Assembly: GCF_036321535.1 (NCBI RefSeq)
Contig: NC_087436.1
Coordinates: 56,918,001 to 56,982,000, forward strand
Length of the DNA: 64,000 nucleotides
Source of the DNA: Camelus dromedarius
Lineage: Eukaryota
Direction: 5' to 3'
The notes under the pieces are model-generated. The model made no database searches and was not told where the DNA came from. It worked only from the letters and a program-made list of their open reading frames with translations. The translations under genes and the position numbers were made by a program. Below, piece by piece: positions 25,501 to 37,600 of the stretch; within the stretch, counting starts at the first letter, position 1; every line of letters starts with the position of its first letter.

Positions 25501-27489
25501 TTAAAATTTTATAGTTTGTATGCTTTGGAAATAAAGTCATATTCAATATATTCATAGGCTGGTAACAACAAAATCTCAAGAAAACAGAAAGTTCAAGTCC
25601 CAACCAATGGCTTATTCATCTCAAATACATTTGATATCTCTGCATTCCGGTATTATAAGGGAACATAAACAGCCCTTTGGAGTTCAACATAATGATACCT
25701 GACCAGAGGAAAAATTGTGTACTTCTGAACTCTATATATAATAAAGATACAGGTTCCTAGCTAAGTACAAACTTGCAATTTTGTTTCTTTTTCAATTCCA
25801 ACAGACTGTAAATTAAAAAACACATATAACTACTATGTTTCCTATAATTTTGGGGGATTTGATGTTTCAAGTCTCTAAATAATTTTCTTTTGAATTTCAT
25901 ACAATTGTAAAAAATAACAACTGAGAGAATACCGTGCCAGACCTTGTTAAGAATTTTATACACATTATTAAAATAAGAGAATCACTAAATTACATTTTTT
26001 CAGGCATGCTTTCAGGTTTTAATTGCTTCTTGATACTATTAATTAAATCATCTGGTGATCACTGAAATATATTACAACAATTTTAGATAATTAAGGCAGA
26101 ATAAATATAACCAGATAACTAATTAAGATGAGGTATAACATTAATAATCTTACTGCCACAATATAACTTGGTTATTAGGCACACATCTTTATTAGGGAAT
26201 GTTACCAGGCATGTTTAAGCTGAACCACACAAGGGGTTAAAAATAACTACAATGAAAGGCCAACAGCCTAGCAGCTCAGTTAAGCCAACATTCCCTCTCC
26301 TCCTCCTCCCGTTCCCATCCTCCCCAGTCCAGAACGAACTGCATGCCCCGCTGCACAAGACCCAACAAGGTCACCGGAGATGGCAGAGACTTTTGTAAGA
26401 GAACAGAAATAACTCAGCAGCTTTGCTACCGTAGTCTCTTCTAATCAGTATGTTCAAAATCCTTTAATTAGCACTCTGTCTACACAAGGAAAGCATTTCT
26501 TCTGTGCCAGGGGAGGGCGCCTATGTATGTACACAGTGTTCTGTTGTATCAGCATCACAACATGGAGCTCAAATTGTTGGCCAGGGAACTGAAGCACAGA
26601 AAATTCTTTTAAAGGCATGGCACCACAAAATGTACATAATCCATTTGCACCTGTATAATCATACAACAAAGTGATGATTAAGTCTGTTTCATTTAGGTGT
26701 CAATTTGTTTCTGGACTTTTTTCCAGCAAAAATGGAAGTATTTAAACAATACTTTTCTTTAGTCTATTATCATAAACTAGGATAGTCAAATTTAATATAG
26801 AAGAATGCTACCAGAATGTGAAAACAGACAATGTTCAAATATTGTTCCTTTCTTCGTATTAGCTCTTTATTAGGAGGGGAAGAAAAACACTGCTTCCCTC
26901 CAAGAAGAATAAGTCTACAAGACACATTTTTACATGGATGCTTTACATTTACATTTTCACCCAGCCACGAAGCCTTAAAACTTGCAGGCTGGATTACATA
27001 TATGTGCTTCCTTGTAAAAATCTGAGTAACTGGAATCAAGATGGAATTCGGTGATAAAGGTATTTAAAAATCCACAGCCAAGAAACAAGGAAAACTTCAC
27101 TAGTGAATTGGGATTTGAAGCATTTTAATAGAGATATGTAATTGTTACAAACTTATTTTTAATCTTTCAAAATCAAGGTGGCTATACATATACTGTAAGA
27201 AGTGTCGTGTGTATATCTGTATATGTTTGTAAATATTTATACATATACAATTAAAATAAAAGATAACCTTCTAAATACCTAACCTGAGAAACAATCTACC
27301 TAATTTAAGACAAAGCTTATTATTAGGGAGGCAGCACAGTATAATGCTTCAAAGCCAGCCCTTCCACACCAGCCATGTGAGCTCACAGCACAGTTCCATA
27401 CAATGAGAATAACACCACTACTTCACAGGCTGGTGTGAGAACTAAATGAAAGGGTGCAGGTAAAGAACCTGGCAAAAATCCAAAAGTTT

Positions 27490-27880
27490 GCTAGTAGGGA
27501 GAATAGGGATTTTCATGTACTGTACAAAAGTGTAAATTGGCACAACCTATCAAAAAGTATATATATAATTATGTATATTATATCCACTGCAGCATTACTT
27601 ATAATAGCAATACTAGAAACAATATAAATGCTCTTCAATAGGGGATTGCTTAACGAAAGGTTACTTCCCTATGAAAGAACTCTATACAGCTGCTAAAAAT
27701 AAAACATATATTAACAGGTAAAGTTCTCCATGGTAAATTGTTGAGAAAAAAGCACTGTGTAGAACCTGTGTATAATATGCTACCATGTAAGTAAAAGGGG
27801 AATAGATACTCATATTTATCTGAATATACAAAAAAACCCTTCTGGAATGTTACACAAGTAATTAACAGCAATAACTACCT
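27490..27880 (+). mobile_element. Old L1 (L1ME-like) fragment
   Basis: gtgtaaattggcacaacc...cagcattacttataatagcaa...tagaaacaatataaatgctcttcaatagggga. Confidence 0.65.
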
Positions 27881-28580
27881 ACTAGACATGAAAGTGAAAC
27901 AGCACCTGATACACAGTCAAGCCTCAATAAATGAAAGCTGTAATCACTCCCCTCATCAGTATCATCAAGAAAACATATCCTTAAAATACACATGCAGAAT
28001 ACATTCGAACTAAATCCATAATGAGGTAAACAATCTCAATTATTCCAAGGCTATCTAGTTGGCGATCCAAGTCCTTCATTTCCTCTTCAAAGGTAAGTAG
28101 CCTCTGGCCATTTTACTTTAGGCTCTCACCTTCACCAGAGAGTGAGATAAGGAAATAACACCAAAAACAGCCATTTTATTCAATATTGATCAATACTTTC
28201 TAATCAACAGCTTTTAGGAGCTGAAAGGGACAGTAAAAATCCCATAGTGCAAAACTTCAATAACATATGAAGAAACTAAGGTCTAGAGAATTCCCAGTGT
28301 TAGTGACAGTTCAAAAATTTGGATTCTGCCCCTAGTTAAAAGCTTTCCATTTCATTATTAAGAAAGGAGAAAACAAGCTTAATTGAAATCAACTATCCTT
28401 GCTAAATTCCCTCCCTAGCCCCTTGTTTATTTTAGATAACTAAGTTTGCTGAGATCAAATTCCATGAGCAATTCTATTAAGCAGAGCATGGGTCATCCAG
28501 AGAATTCAACAACTCAGTTCTGAATTTTCCAGGACTATGCATTGAATGAACATCTGTAATAAAATCAGTAGTTTGCTTAC

Positions 28581-28676
28581 ACTGGAGATTGTCAGAGGCA
28601 TGTTGAAATCCTTGCCACCTTGCAGCCGGAAACCCCAAGGAGCTGGGCCAACCAAGGACACACTGTAGTTGCTCAT
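28581..28676 (-). CDS. PDLIM5: PDZ and LIM domain protein 5 (ENH), first coding exon: [32 protein letters not shown] (32 codons, start of PDZ domain)
   Basis: The peptide has the ALP/Enigma PDZ signature [15 protein letters not shown] and the MSNYSVSLV start of PDLIM5. ATG at 28676-28674 lies in Kozak context (agaACCATGA). The 96 nt end at a phase-0 donor, AGT|GTAAGC. Confidence 0.96.
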
Positions 28677-28718
28677 GGTTCTAGTGACTCCAAGTCCAAT
28701 CCCCAAAAATGAAAGAAA
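28677..28718 (-). other. PDLIM5: 5' UTR portion of exon 2 (42 nt)
   Basis: Minus-strand acceptor tttttgttaaccatctaattttctttcacAG| with the AG at 28720-28719, a pyrimidine tract and branch-like ttaac/ctaat motifs. Confidence 0.85.
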
Positions 28719-31144
28719 CTGTGAAAGAAAATTAGATGGTTAACAAAAATGTTTATTTGAAGACATATTACATATTTAAATGGATTTACTATAAACCTAA
28801 CTAAATTAGTTCAGTATTTTGTTTTGGGAGGCAGAGGAGAAATGCAGAATAAGTTTATAATTAAGTTTTCATTTCAGTCTAAGAAATGGAATCCATGAGC
28901 TACTATACAATTTCTAAACTCAAGCCAATTTCCATAGCCTAAAAATTCCATATCAGAGTACATTTCTGGACACTCAATCAGCTTTACAACTTGCTATAAT
29001 AAATTCGTGGCTTTTCGCATACAAACTTTAATTCAAAGTGCTTTACAACACATCGTATTATATTTTAAAAACCCAAAATTCTATTTCAGGTTTAATTCAA
29101 AATGATTTTCCCATCCTTTTTTGCCTACAGTTGGCAAGAGTCCTTCAATTTCACTCACTTAAATTCTAAGTTATTCTAACATATGAAAAGAACTGCAAAT
29201 CTGTAGACTCTCATTCATGCTTTGCAAACACTAAACTCTTTAAAATGAGAAGTTGCTTTTTAATGTACAAAAGTATTCTCTCCAATTATAAACTACAACT
29301 TGTATTTCCTCTTACAGAGATATGGTATTTGCCACACTTAAAATTATTTACTTTTTTTTCAGAGTATGATGGACAATACTCTAGCAGTGATGTTTTAGTC
29401 AGAATCTGCTTTCTGTTTAACATACACACCCCATCAGGCAAAGCAGAGTGAGCATTTATCACAGAGAAAAAGACTGACTAAACGTGGTAGGAATATACGG
29501 TTAAACTCAAAGCATGAAAGAGAATTAGAGCTTTAGAAGGAGCTTCAGTGCTTTCTTTTTTCTGTTTTGCTGGAAGCATGCTCATAATGACTCTCATGAT
29601 AGTACTTTTACATAATAAAAAACTAAAGAAAAAAAGCATGACTCAGAGTTTGGTATTGGTTGTTATGGTGGTTATATGTGAATGGGAGAAATTGGGAGGA
29701 ATAGAGATTTTCTAAAATGTAATACTAAGAAACCTAGTATTTCCCTCTTTAAGAATATTAGTAATATAACAGACGTATAATTTAATAATTTTAAAGCCAC
29801 ATTGAAAAAAAAAAGCTGTTTAAGACACACTTCCTTGGAAGTCTGTGCTGTTCAACCAAATCGTCACCTTCTATTACCTATCTTAAAATATTACTCCATT
29901 TTTTAACCCACTCAAAATTTCAACTCCATCATGTCATATTAACAGTGGCAGATGTAGATATTTGAACCACTAGGTATATTAAAAGCAAACAGATTCCATC
30001 TTCTCACATAGGGAAAATGAGGCAAAACTTTCAAATAAGTCTAGTTCTTAAAGAAAATTAAATCACTGAAAATCTGCACTGCATCTACCAAGAAACAAAA
30101 TGGGCTTTTCCACTGGCACAGTAGCACACTAAACTATCAGGCAGTAATACGTGACTTTAGCACTGATGTAACAGGCACTAAAAAGACAAAAAGGCGAAAT
30201 CAGAGGTCAAACTTTTAGATGTGAAAAACAAACAGTAAGGAGGTAATAAGGAGCCACACATGATTTAACTTTCTCCCTACAATAAAAGAAAAGACTTTCA
30301 GAAAACATGTAGAGAAAGACTGTCTCGATAATGGCACACAACACAAATCAAAAAGTGTGTAAAGTCAGTAGATATTTCACAGGCAGCCTGCCCTTCCTTT
30401 TTTAATCTTTAACTTGTTAAGAGAAGAATGTGAATGTTAGGCTCAACTTCCTCTAACCCCATTGTTCCCTACAAGAAAATGTATTTAATTCCTGTATCAA
30501 CCCATGTACCTGCAACTTCCCTTTACTTGGGGGCTCCCTTCCTGACTTCTCCCATTTGTTACTAAAAGTTCTAGCACTGGCAAGGTCACAGCTACACCAC
30601 AGAACCAGTGTCAGTTCATTTCTAGTCTGTGTCGTTTCCCTTTCTGTATTCTCTCTTTGCTAGCTTTATGTGACTTAAAATATTCTGATCCCTAAGCAAT
30701 GGTAATATTATTGGCTTTTTCCAGGTCTCCTCCATCTGGTTATTAGTGCCAAACTCTTCCTAAAATACCAGTCAGGCAGGAAATAGTGAGCAGCCTTTCT
30801 GCTTTCCAACACGTAGAAAAAGTTGGAACTTCTGCAGAGTGCTGGATTTTCTTTTAGGGAAAGTCCAAACCATGTCTTCGCTCTAGGACTCGGGAAGGAA
30901 GGTGGGTATTTCCCACACTTCTATCCTAGCTTGTCCGGTGGGTAGGATGAGGAAAAGGAGAACTCGTGATGAACTGCTCAGAGTAACAAGAAGGGTCTGA
31001 AACGCAAGCAGTATCTTGAGATACTGCTTTTTCCCCAGACTGAGAGGCTGTGGAGGTAGAGTGGAAGAACTAAAACCACAGGCACAGGATGAAAGCAGCC
31101 GAGCAGACAGCTTTCCAGCAGAGGTTCACGCCTAGCCCTGTTTG

Positions 31145-31154
31145 CCAAATAAGG
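31145..31154. promoter_or_regulatory. Canonical CArG box (SRF site) CCAAATAAGG in intron 1
   Basis: Exact CC(A/T)6GG match in the CpG-island shoulder; function inferred. Confidence 0.55.
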
Positions 31155-31286
31155 TTCCGGAGCCGACTGTTTCCGAGGCAGGCGGGTCCCAACGTCCTCG
31201 TGGTCAAGAAGGCGGACTTGAGATAGGATCTGGCGATCACACCCTAGACCTGCCTTGCCCAGCGCAGCCACGAATTTTCTTTCCAA

Positions 31287-31348
31287 GCCCTGCCCTGTCC
31301 ATACGCCCTTCCCTGTCCATACGCCCTTCCCTGTCCATACGCCCTTCC
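31287..31348. repeat. 18-bp minisatellite (gccct[g/t]ccctgtccatac) x3.4 in intron 1
   Basis: Units at 31287, 31305, 31323 and a partial unit at 31341; produces the KGVWTG/PSLSIR repeats in the ORF track. Confidence 0.95.
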
Positions 31349-31589
31349 TTTTTCCACTTATTGTCAAACGAACTGGAGGCACAGTCTTACAAAAGCCCCA
31401 ACAAGTACGCAAGTATTAATAAACCTGGCGTTCACGACAAGTTTTTTTTTAAACAATCTTTTTTTCTAGACGCACGGTAAGTTTTCCCCTAACAAGTTAC
31501 ACAATTCTAAATATTCGGAGGGAAATAACATGCTTCTCAGTAGCGTAAGAGCAAATAAAAAACCAACACTCCACTCCTGTTAAGCCCCG

Positions 31590-32300
31590 CTCCTCCCTAC
31601 ACCCGCGGGGACTGGCGCAGGACGTGGGAGGACCGGACGCCTAGGTGGGTGCCGGGCAACGCCCGGCAGCCGCATCGCAGCTCGGTGCGGGGGTGCGAGG
31701 GCCCCTCCGCGCCCGCGCTCGCCACGCCGGGCGCCCAGCTCACAAGTGCCTGCTCGTCCCGGGCGGCCCGGGCTCCGGAGACTTCCAGTGCCCGCTCTGG
31801 CCTGGCGCCCACTCCCACGCCGCCCATTCCCGAGCGCTCCTCTTCCCACGCAGCTCTCCCACCTCCGCCGGTTCGCATCCAGCAAACACCTGAGAAGCCT
31901 CCCAGCGCTGGGCGCGCCCCCCTCCTTTCCCCTAGCGGGGCTTCCCTCCAAGCGCTCCGCGCACCGCGCTTCCCCTTCTTTCCCTCCTCCCTACCCGGGG
32001 ACGGAGACGCGCATCCACGGCGGGCGGCCACTCACCTCAGGTCCGCTGCGGCGATGCCTCCGCCTCAGACGAGCGCTGACAAGTGACTCGCGGTGCGTGC
32101 GCCGTCCCCACGGCCCGCGGGAACTTCCGCCTCCTGGCTCCCCCACCGGCCCCGCCCCCAGGACAGGGACGCCCCCTCCGCTCCCGGCCACGCCCTCGGG
32201 CAGGGCCGGGCAGGGCAGCTCCGCGCTGGAAGAAGGCTGCGGCTGAGCCTAGGGCGCTGGCTTGCTGGGGAGAGCTGATGCCGCCGCGGAAAAGCTATTG
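31590..32300. promoter_or_regulatory. CpG island / TATA-less promoter of PDLIM5
   Basis: The only strongly GC- and CpG-rich block in an AT-rich window. It contains an Sp/KLF GC box GGCCCCGCCCCC at 32148-32159 and an ETS motif GCGGAAGT (minus) at 32123-32130. A weaker CpG shoulder extends to ~31120. Confidence 0.92.
32036..32140 (-). other. PDLIM5: Non-coding exon 1 (5' end approximate)
   Basis: Lies in the CpG island, ends at consensus donor ctgag|GTGAGT, contains no ATG, and sits directly downstream of a GC box. Confidence 0.8.
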
Positions 32301-32421
32301 CACTACTGAGTTCGGGGGTAGTAGTCTTAGGGGATTTTGAGCAGTACCTGCCAAAGGTCCGCTCCGCCTGTATGTTTTGTAGTGGACGCATTTCTCTCTC
32401 CAGAAACTTTGAACTGGCAAG

Positions 32422-32443
32422 CAGTTGCTTTGGCTAAAAATAG
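32422..32443. promoter_or_regulatory. MEF2 site CTAAAAATAG (32434-32443) with adjacent E-box CAGTTG (32422-32427)
   Basis: Exact CTA(A/T)4TAG match ~300 bp upstream of the inferred TSS. Confidence 0.55.
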
Positions 32444-32931
32444 AAGAGGGCTTTGGGTAAAACTCTATGCAAGTTCAGCGGCTACTGCCTGGTTTTTTGA
32501 GAGAGCTTTATGTGCCCTGGGAAGTGAAGACACTGAAGTTTACTTCTCAGGAAAAATGAAAATCCGTAACTTTAATATGTAGAAGTTAAATCCTCTGATC
32601 AATCCAGAAGACTGTGATAAAGAGCAGCGGCCGAAAGTGGTTCAACCACTATAATCTCAGCTTATTTTTTCTAAGTCCAGATCAATAGTCCACTTTCCCG
32701 TTTCTGTGAAGTTGCTTCATTTAGCCCAAGCAATTTATTCAGAAGCAAATTTGAATAATGTTCAGTCAACATACAGAAAGTAACTTGTTGGCTTCTTTTA
32801 AACTGTGAATTGGCTTCTAAAAGGTAAAAAGGACCATTTCTAACCAAGGCACGTGTAAAGCAAGGATCACCTTAATGGAGGTCCGTGAATCCCCTAGAAG
32901 TGCAAACAAAATTCTAGAGAATGTCCAAAAT

Positions 32932-33367
32932 TGCTCTGTCCAAAACAGTAGCCGCTAGTCACGTGTTGCTATTGAACGTCTGAAATGTGGCTACTGTGAC
33001 TGTGGCCCTGAAGTTTTGTTTTATATAAGCTTAATTTAAATTTAAAAACTGAAGCAGGTAAACATGCTTCTGTTAAACACAACTTTCTTGTTTGGGTTGA
33101 ACTACATTTCACTTTACCACTGAATTTAGTGCCCAAACGGAGCTATGATGGAAATGTGAAGATGCACACTGGATTTTGCGGACTAAGTATGAAAAACATA
33201 ATGCAAAATATGTCATTAATAATTTTATATTGATTACATATTGAAATGAGATTTTTTAATATTTGGTTAAACATAATTAAAATTAATTTAGCTTTTTTTA
33301 ATGTGGATACTAAGACATTTTAAGTTACCTATGCTGACTGGCATTATATTTTCATTGGATAGTGCTA
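32932..33367. mobile_element. hAT-Charlie DNA transposon relic (Charlie1/MER33/MER3 family)
   Basis: Ends gctctgtccaaaacagtagccgctagtcacgtg... and ...ttcattggatagtgc; internal tgaaatgtggctac and cattaataattttatattgattacatattgaaatga. Confidence 0.8.
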
Positions 33368-33929
33368 GTCCATAGTTTTCATCACATTCTCCAAAAGATT
33401 ATGTTGGAGGAAAGGGTTTGCTAGTGTGAGCTGATTTGGAGAGTGCTTCAATATATATTACAATAAATAATAATAATAGCTACCATTTACAAATACCTAC
33501 TACGTGCTAGATAGTGTAGTAATCCTTACAATAACTTTATAAGACAAATGTCATCCCATCAAGGAAATTGAGTTTACAAGAGATTACAGCTTGTGACAAT
33601 TCCCCCAGGCGATGGCTAGAATTACCCTGTAAGGGTCTCATTTCTGCTCTTCCTCCAGTTTGCTACTGATACAGTTAATCGGAGCCTGAATGAACTAATG
33701 ACATCAAGAACTGCAGGCAGTGTATGAAGGTATCACTGGAGGGTAAGCATCTTGAGATGATGAAGAAGAGTTGAGAGTGAGGGGAGTGTTGCTTACCTAT
33801 GCAAATTCAATGTTTGCCTGCAGGTGCTAGCCTGCCTCAGAATCCTCCTCCTCCTACCACAGTTTAAAGCCTGGGGTATAGGGGAAGTGAACCAAATTAA
33901 AGTATGATGCACAGGTTAATGTTTATCCA

Positions 33930-34075
33930 AGTGTCCTCCAAAGAACTGCATCAAAATGGCACAGACAGCTTGTTAAAACTGCAGTTTCCTGGTCCCCACT
34001 CAGACCCAGGATCCTTGCAGGTGGGCCCAGGATCCCACCCTTTTAATAAATATCCCCCTCCAGAGAATCATTCAA
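33930..34075. mobile_element. MER5-like relic
   Basis: ctgcatcaaaat...gcttgttaaaactgcagtttcctggtccccac...ggtgggcccagga...ttttaataaa. Confidence 0.6.
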
Positions 34076-34169
34076 CTGCAATATTTAAAAACCACTTTCC
34101 TAGAAGTATTCCAAAATCCTCAATTTACTGTGTACTATGCTTGGATGAGAAGCGTGCATCCCAGACAGC

Positions 34170-34256
34170 AGCAATTTATCTCAGTTTCCTCATCTTAAAG
34201 GAAATGATAATGATAAATAATGTTTGAGGTTATCATAAGAAGTAGAAATTTCATGT

Positions 34257-34296
<40 letters not shown>

Positions 34297-34355
34297 GTAT
34301 ATATAAAGCACTGTGCAGCATGTTTGGCATCAAGAAGATGTTAAATACATGGTAG
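34170..34355 (+). mobile_element. MIR SINE interrupted by (AC)16 at 34261-34292
   Basis: ctcagtttcctcatctt...taaagcactgtgcagcatgtttggca. Confidence 0.7.
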
Positions 34356-34419
34356 CCATATGAAACTTTCCTAACCAATTGATTAGCTTTATTTATGTAT
34401 CACACAAGACAAATAGGGA

Positions 34420-34625
34420 ACATTAACATTCATTATATATGTACTAAGTTCTTAGGTATGTTATTTAATTCTTACAACCATATAAAGTAGGTATTCTTTC
34501 AAAGGACAAAACAAACTTGGAGATTAAGAAACTTAACTAAAGGCACACAACTAATTAATAATAGAAGTAGAGGAGATGATCTGACTCCAAAAACTCTGTC
34601 CTTTTCATCTCAACACACTGTCTCA
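34420..34625 (-). mobile_element. MIR SINE
   Basis: atttaattcttacaacc...gagattaagaaactt...aaggcacacaactaa...tctgactccaaa. Confidence 0.65.
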
Positions 34626-37600
34626 GTAAATTCAATAAGCCATCCAGCTTAAAGACCAGAGAAGGAAAATGGAAATCTCTAGCAACTAACACTATTGAGG
34701 ACCACAGAGGTGCAATCTGCACCAAATTATGGAAATTAAATAAAAGCTGAGTTACTTCTATATAAGAGAAGATGAAACTCTTGAACAACTTCTGGTGGGT
34801 ATGTGCCTTAACTTGTTTTAGAATGAATTGACACTGAGCCATTCTGACTCCCCTTCTCCGTCTCCCTCATGACTAACATTTATGAAATGGTTGGCCATGG
34901 TTTAAAGGACAGTCTGTGACTACAGACTAAGGAGAAGATAACTGAACCATTGGGAAATCAGACCAATGTCCTTAACCTCATTAACTCTATGGGCTAAGCA
35001 ATGAGGCACTAGCCACAAAGAAAACCTCATCACTTTATCAAAAAATGCACAAAAAGCTGAAGTAGAAAAAAAAAGTAGATCAAAAGATTAACTGATTTAG
35101 CAGGAAGAGTTTTTAGGAATATTCCCTCTAAACAGAGTATTTACCTATATGTATAAATGTTTGTTCTAACATTTTATTATCCAATGGATGACTCAGAATC
35201 CTGTTGCAGTACTTCAAAAATAACAGAGACTTTAAATTACAAGATGGCATGGCTATGATGAGTTTTTACAGTTGCACCCAATAAACTATAAAGTGCCAGT
35301 CTTTTAAAAGTTTCTATATTGCTCTAAGTCATTTTACCTTTTAAGTCCTAATCCTGAAAGACAAATAAACCACTCATAAGTATGAGTATTTAATTTTTAA
35401 AATCTGGAATGGAGAGGAAGATTAACTATTCTAACACCTAAAGAAACATTTAGTAACCTAAGGAGAAATGCATACTGTCATTCTAAAGCTTACTAGGGAA
35501 CCCTGAGAGAGGGGCCAGAGCTAAACCAGGCACAGAGTGGAAAGGAATTAATGGATGAGAAAGACTCTAAGAACAGGTGCATGATGCTTAGGTAACTGAA
35601 TAAGCATATGATTGAGGAAGAAGTTAAAAAGAAGTTTAAACTTTTAAAAACTAGTTTCAAAGTTTCAAGTCTGGGTTTGGGGGGTAGTATTGATAACCGA
35701 CTGATACTGAAGGAAGAGTGGCAAATTTTGAAGGGACTATGCATTTCCCTGGCAATGTCCGGTAAGCAAAGAAGCCAGTTGGTAAGTGAGGGATATCAAT
35801 ATGAAGGGTAGATAGTCTGGTCACCGAAAAAGTACTCGGGAGCTCCAAGTTTGAGAATTCAGAAGAGAATATTCCTTTTGATGAGAGCCAGCTTTAGCCA
35901 GTCTGATGTTTTGCTCAAATAAAGTCATTTCTTTGAGGAGTCTGGTGGGTGGTTGAAAGGATAGAGAATATGTGATTTTTGGAGATGAGATGGAAACAAA
36001 ACATGTAGGTCAATCACTGAAAAAGTTTGGTGTAAGAAGAAAAATGTTACTTGAAGAAAGTCAAGAAAGTAAGAAGTAGGCCTGGGGCACAACTTCCCAA
36101 TTGTGGTGGTGCCAAGAAATTAATCTCCCCAGCCTGGGAGGCAGGGCAGGCTGGGAAGAAGTCTTATTCATTTTCCTTAGTTTCCAAGTTTGCCTTCGTG
36201 TAAAAAGAGTTGAGAAGCCAAAACCAAAAAGAGATAAATTTAAAAATTGTCAGCTTTCCGTGTACTTATTTTAATGTCTTGCATTTTTGTACCTAATGAG
36301 TTTAAGAGAATGTGAAGAAAAAAGATTTAGAATGCTCACTGTGAGATTGCTCACTTAGAAAGATCTTATTTATAAAAGATATTGGGTCATTCTGGGAGAA
36401 TATGCTGCGCCTACATTTTTATACAGAGTCCCTTTATTAAATTATTTTCAATTAGATACCTTTGAAGGTACCATCTGTTTCTTCTTAGGACCCTGACCGA
36501 TACGTTATTGGAGGTTCTTTTTATCCTCACCACCTTGGATTAATCATTAAAATGCTGTACATGCTTATTTAATGAGCACTTACCATGCCCCATATTCTGT
36601 TGATATAAGTGATTTTAAAAGCAAACCTATTTAGTGGAAAATATTAGATTTTGCTCTTTGGATTTTTAAATTGATAATTTTTTTAATTAGGCATTTTCAG
36701 TTTTTTAGAAGCATTCCCATTAAAGTGTTGTATTATAACCCACTGTCACTTAGAATCTGGAAATAAATATTTTCTTTCTACATTGTCCACTGTTTAACCA
36801 GTAAGAGAGTTAGTAACAGTTGCAATTATTCTGAGTCACAAATCAATAAAATACTTCTTAAATCAAAACCTTGCCTGTGTATATATAGGAAAGTATATAC
36901 TGTGGTTATCTTTGGGAGATAGGATTATGAGGCTGTTAATTTTTTTCCTTAATAATTTTCTAAATTTCAGATTTTTAGAGAATATTTAATATCTATCATA
37001 AGAATAAAGGAACACATATTTGTTTTTTAAAAACTACGTGAATTGACTAAATTATAATACTATAAACTTACATTAACCCAAACTTGATTTTAATTTAATC
37101 GGTTTTTAAATCTGAATTTCTTTAAGTGTGTTTTGTCCCAAACCACTGATGTAATTTCTACTGATTCGTTAAGTAGTTTTTCCACATTGTCTGGGTTTAG
37201 AATTTCTCATGCTTTTCCATGTATCTCTCCATCAGTGGTGGAGCTATGAGGACATAATTATTAATAAGACTAGTGTACAAATAAGGTCATTTAAGCAAGT
37301 GGTATTTTGGATTGGAAAGATCCTAGGGGAAATCTAATCATAATAAACTTTATTTACAGTAAAATCTCTCTACCCAAAGACAGTACCTCTGCTAAGTATT
37401 TTTAAAATCCGTTTACATACTCTGGGAAAAGCAAAGAAACTAATATTTTCATTGGAAGGTATCCACATGTTTAGTCATAGTGGAATGCATTAACACATGT
37501 CACTCCTAGCCAAAATGTAAGGGATGCTGTGCTAAGAATGATGAATCAATTCATCAAAAATCTGTTTAAAGTATAGAATTATTTTTAAGATAAAGAATAA

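Larger units (their letters stand above)
28719..32035 (-). other. PDLIM5: Intron 1 (3317 nt, GT-AG)
   Basis: Donor GAG|GTGAGT at 32035-32030; acceptor cacAG at 28723-28719. Confidence 0.82.
1..32140 (-). other. PDLIM5: PDLIM5 transcription unit, 5' portion (exon 1, intron 1, exon 2, partial intron 2); gene continues beyond the left edge
   Basis: Exon 2 encodes the recognisable PDLIM5 N-terminus; canonical GT-AG sites link it to a CpG-island first exon. No continuation of the PDZ domain was found in 1-28580. TSS position is approximate. Confidence 0.92.

Noticed and set aside
26503..26522. Second CTCF-like motif (ccaggggagggcgc)
   Set aside because: Two mismatches in core positions; not distinguishable from chance.
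28073..28098. AG|GTAAGT recursive-splice-like site
   Set aside because: It is on the plus strand, antisense to PDLIM5, so it cannot act in intron 2.
1..28580. PDLIM5 exon 3 (rest of the PDZ domain)
   Set aside because: No matching peptide seen in the ORF track or by reading; it probably lies beyond the left edge, though a short exon could be missed by eye.
28506..28706. 66-aa ORF as a complete gene
   Set aside because: It starts at TTG and reads through the splice donor at 28580; only 28676-28581 is established coding sequence.
31287..31348. CRISPR-like repeat array (also 4238-4283 and 52874-52918)
   Set aside because: Head-to-tail repeats without unique spacers, in a mammalian genome with no cas genes.
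30978..32582. Many overlapping 60-170-aa ORFs rich in Pro/Arg/Gly/Ala
   Set aside because: Expected stop-codon depletion in a CpG island and minisatellite; no recognisable domain.
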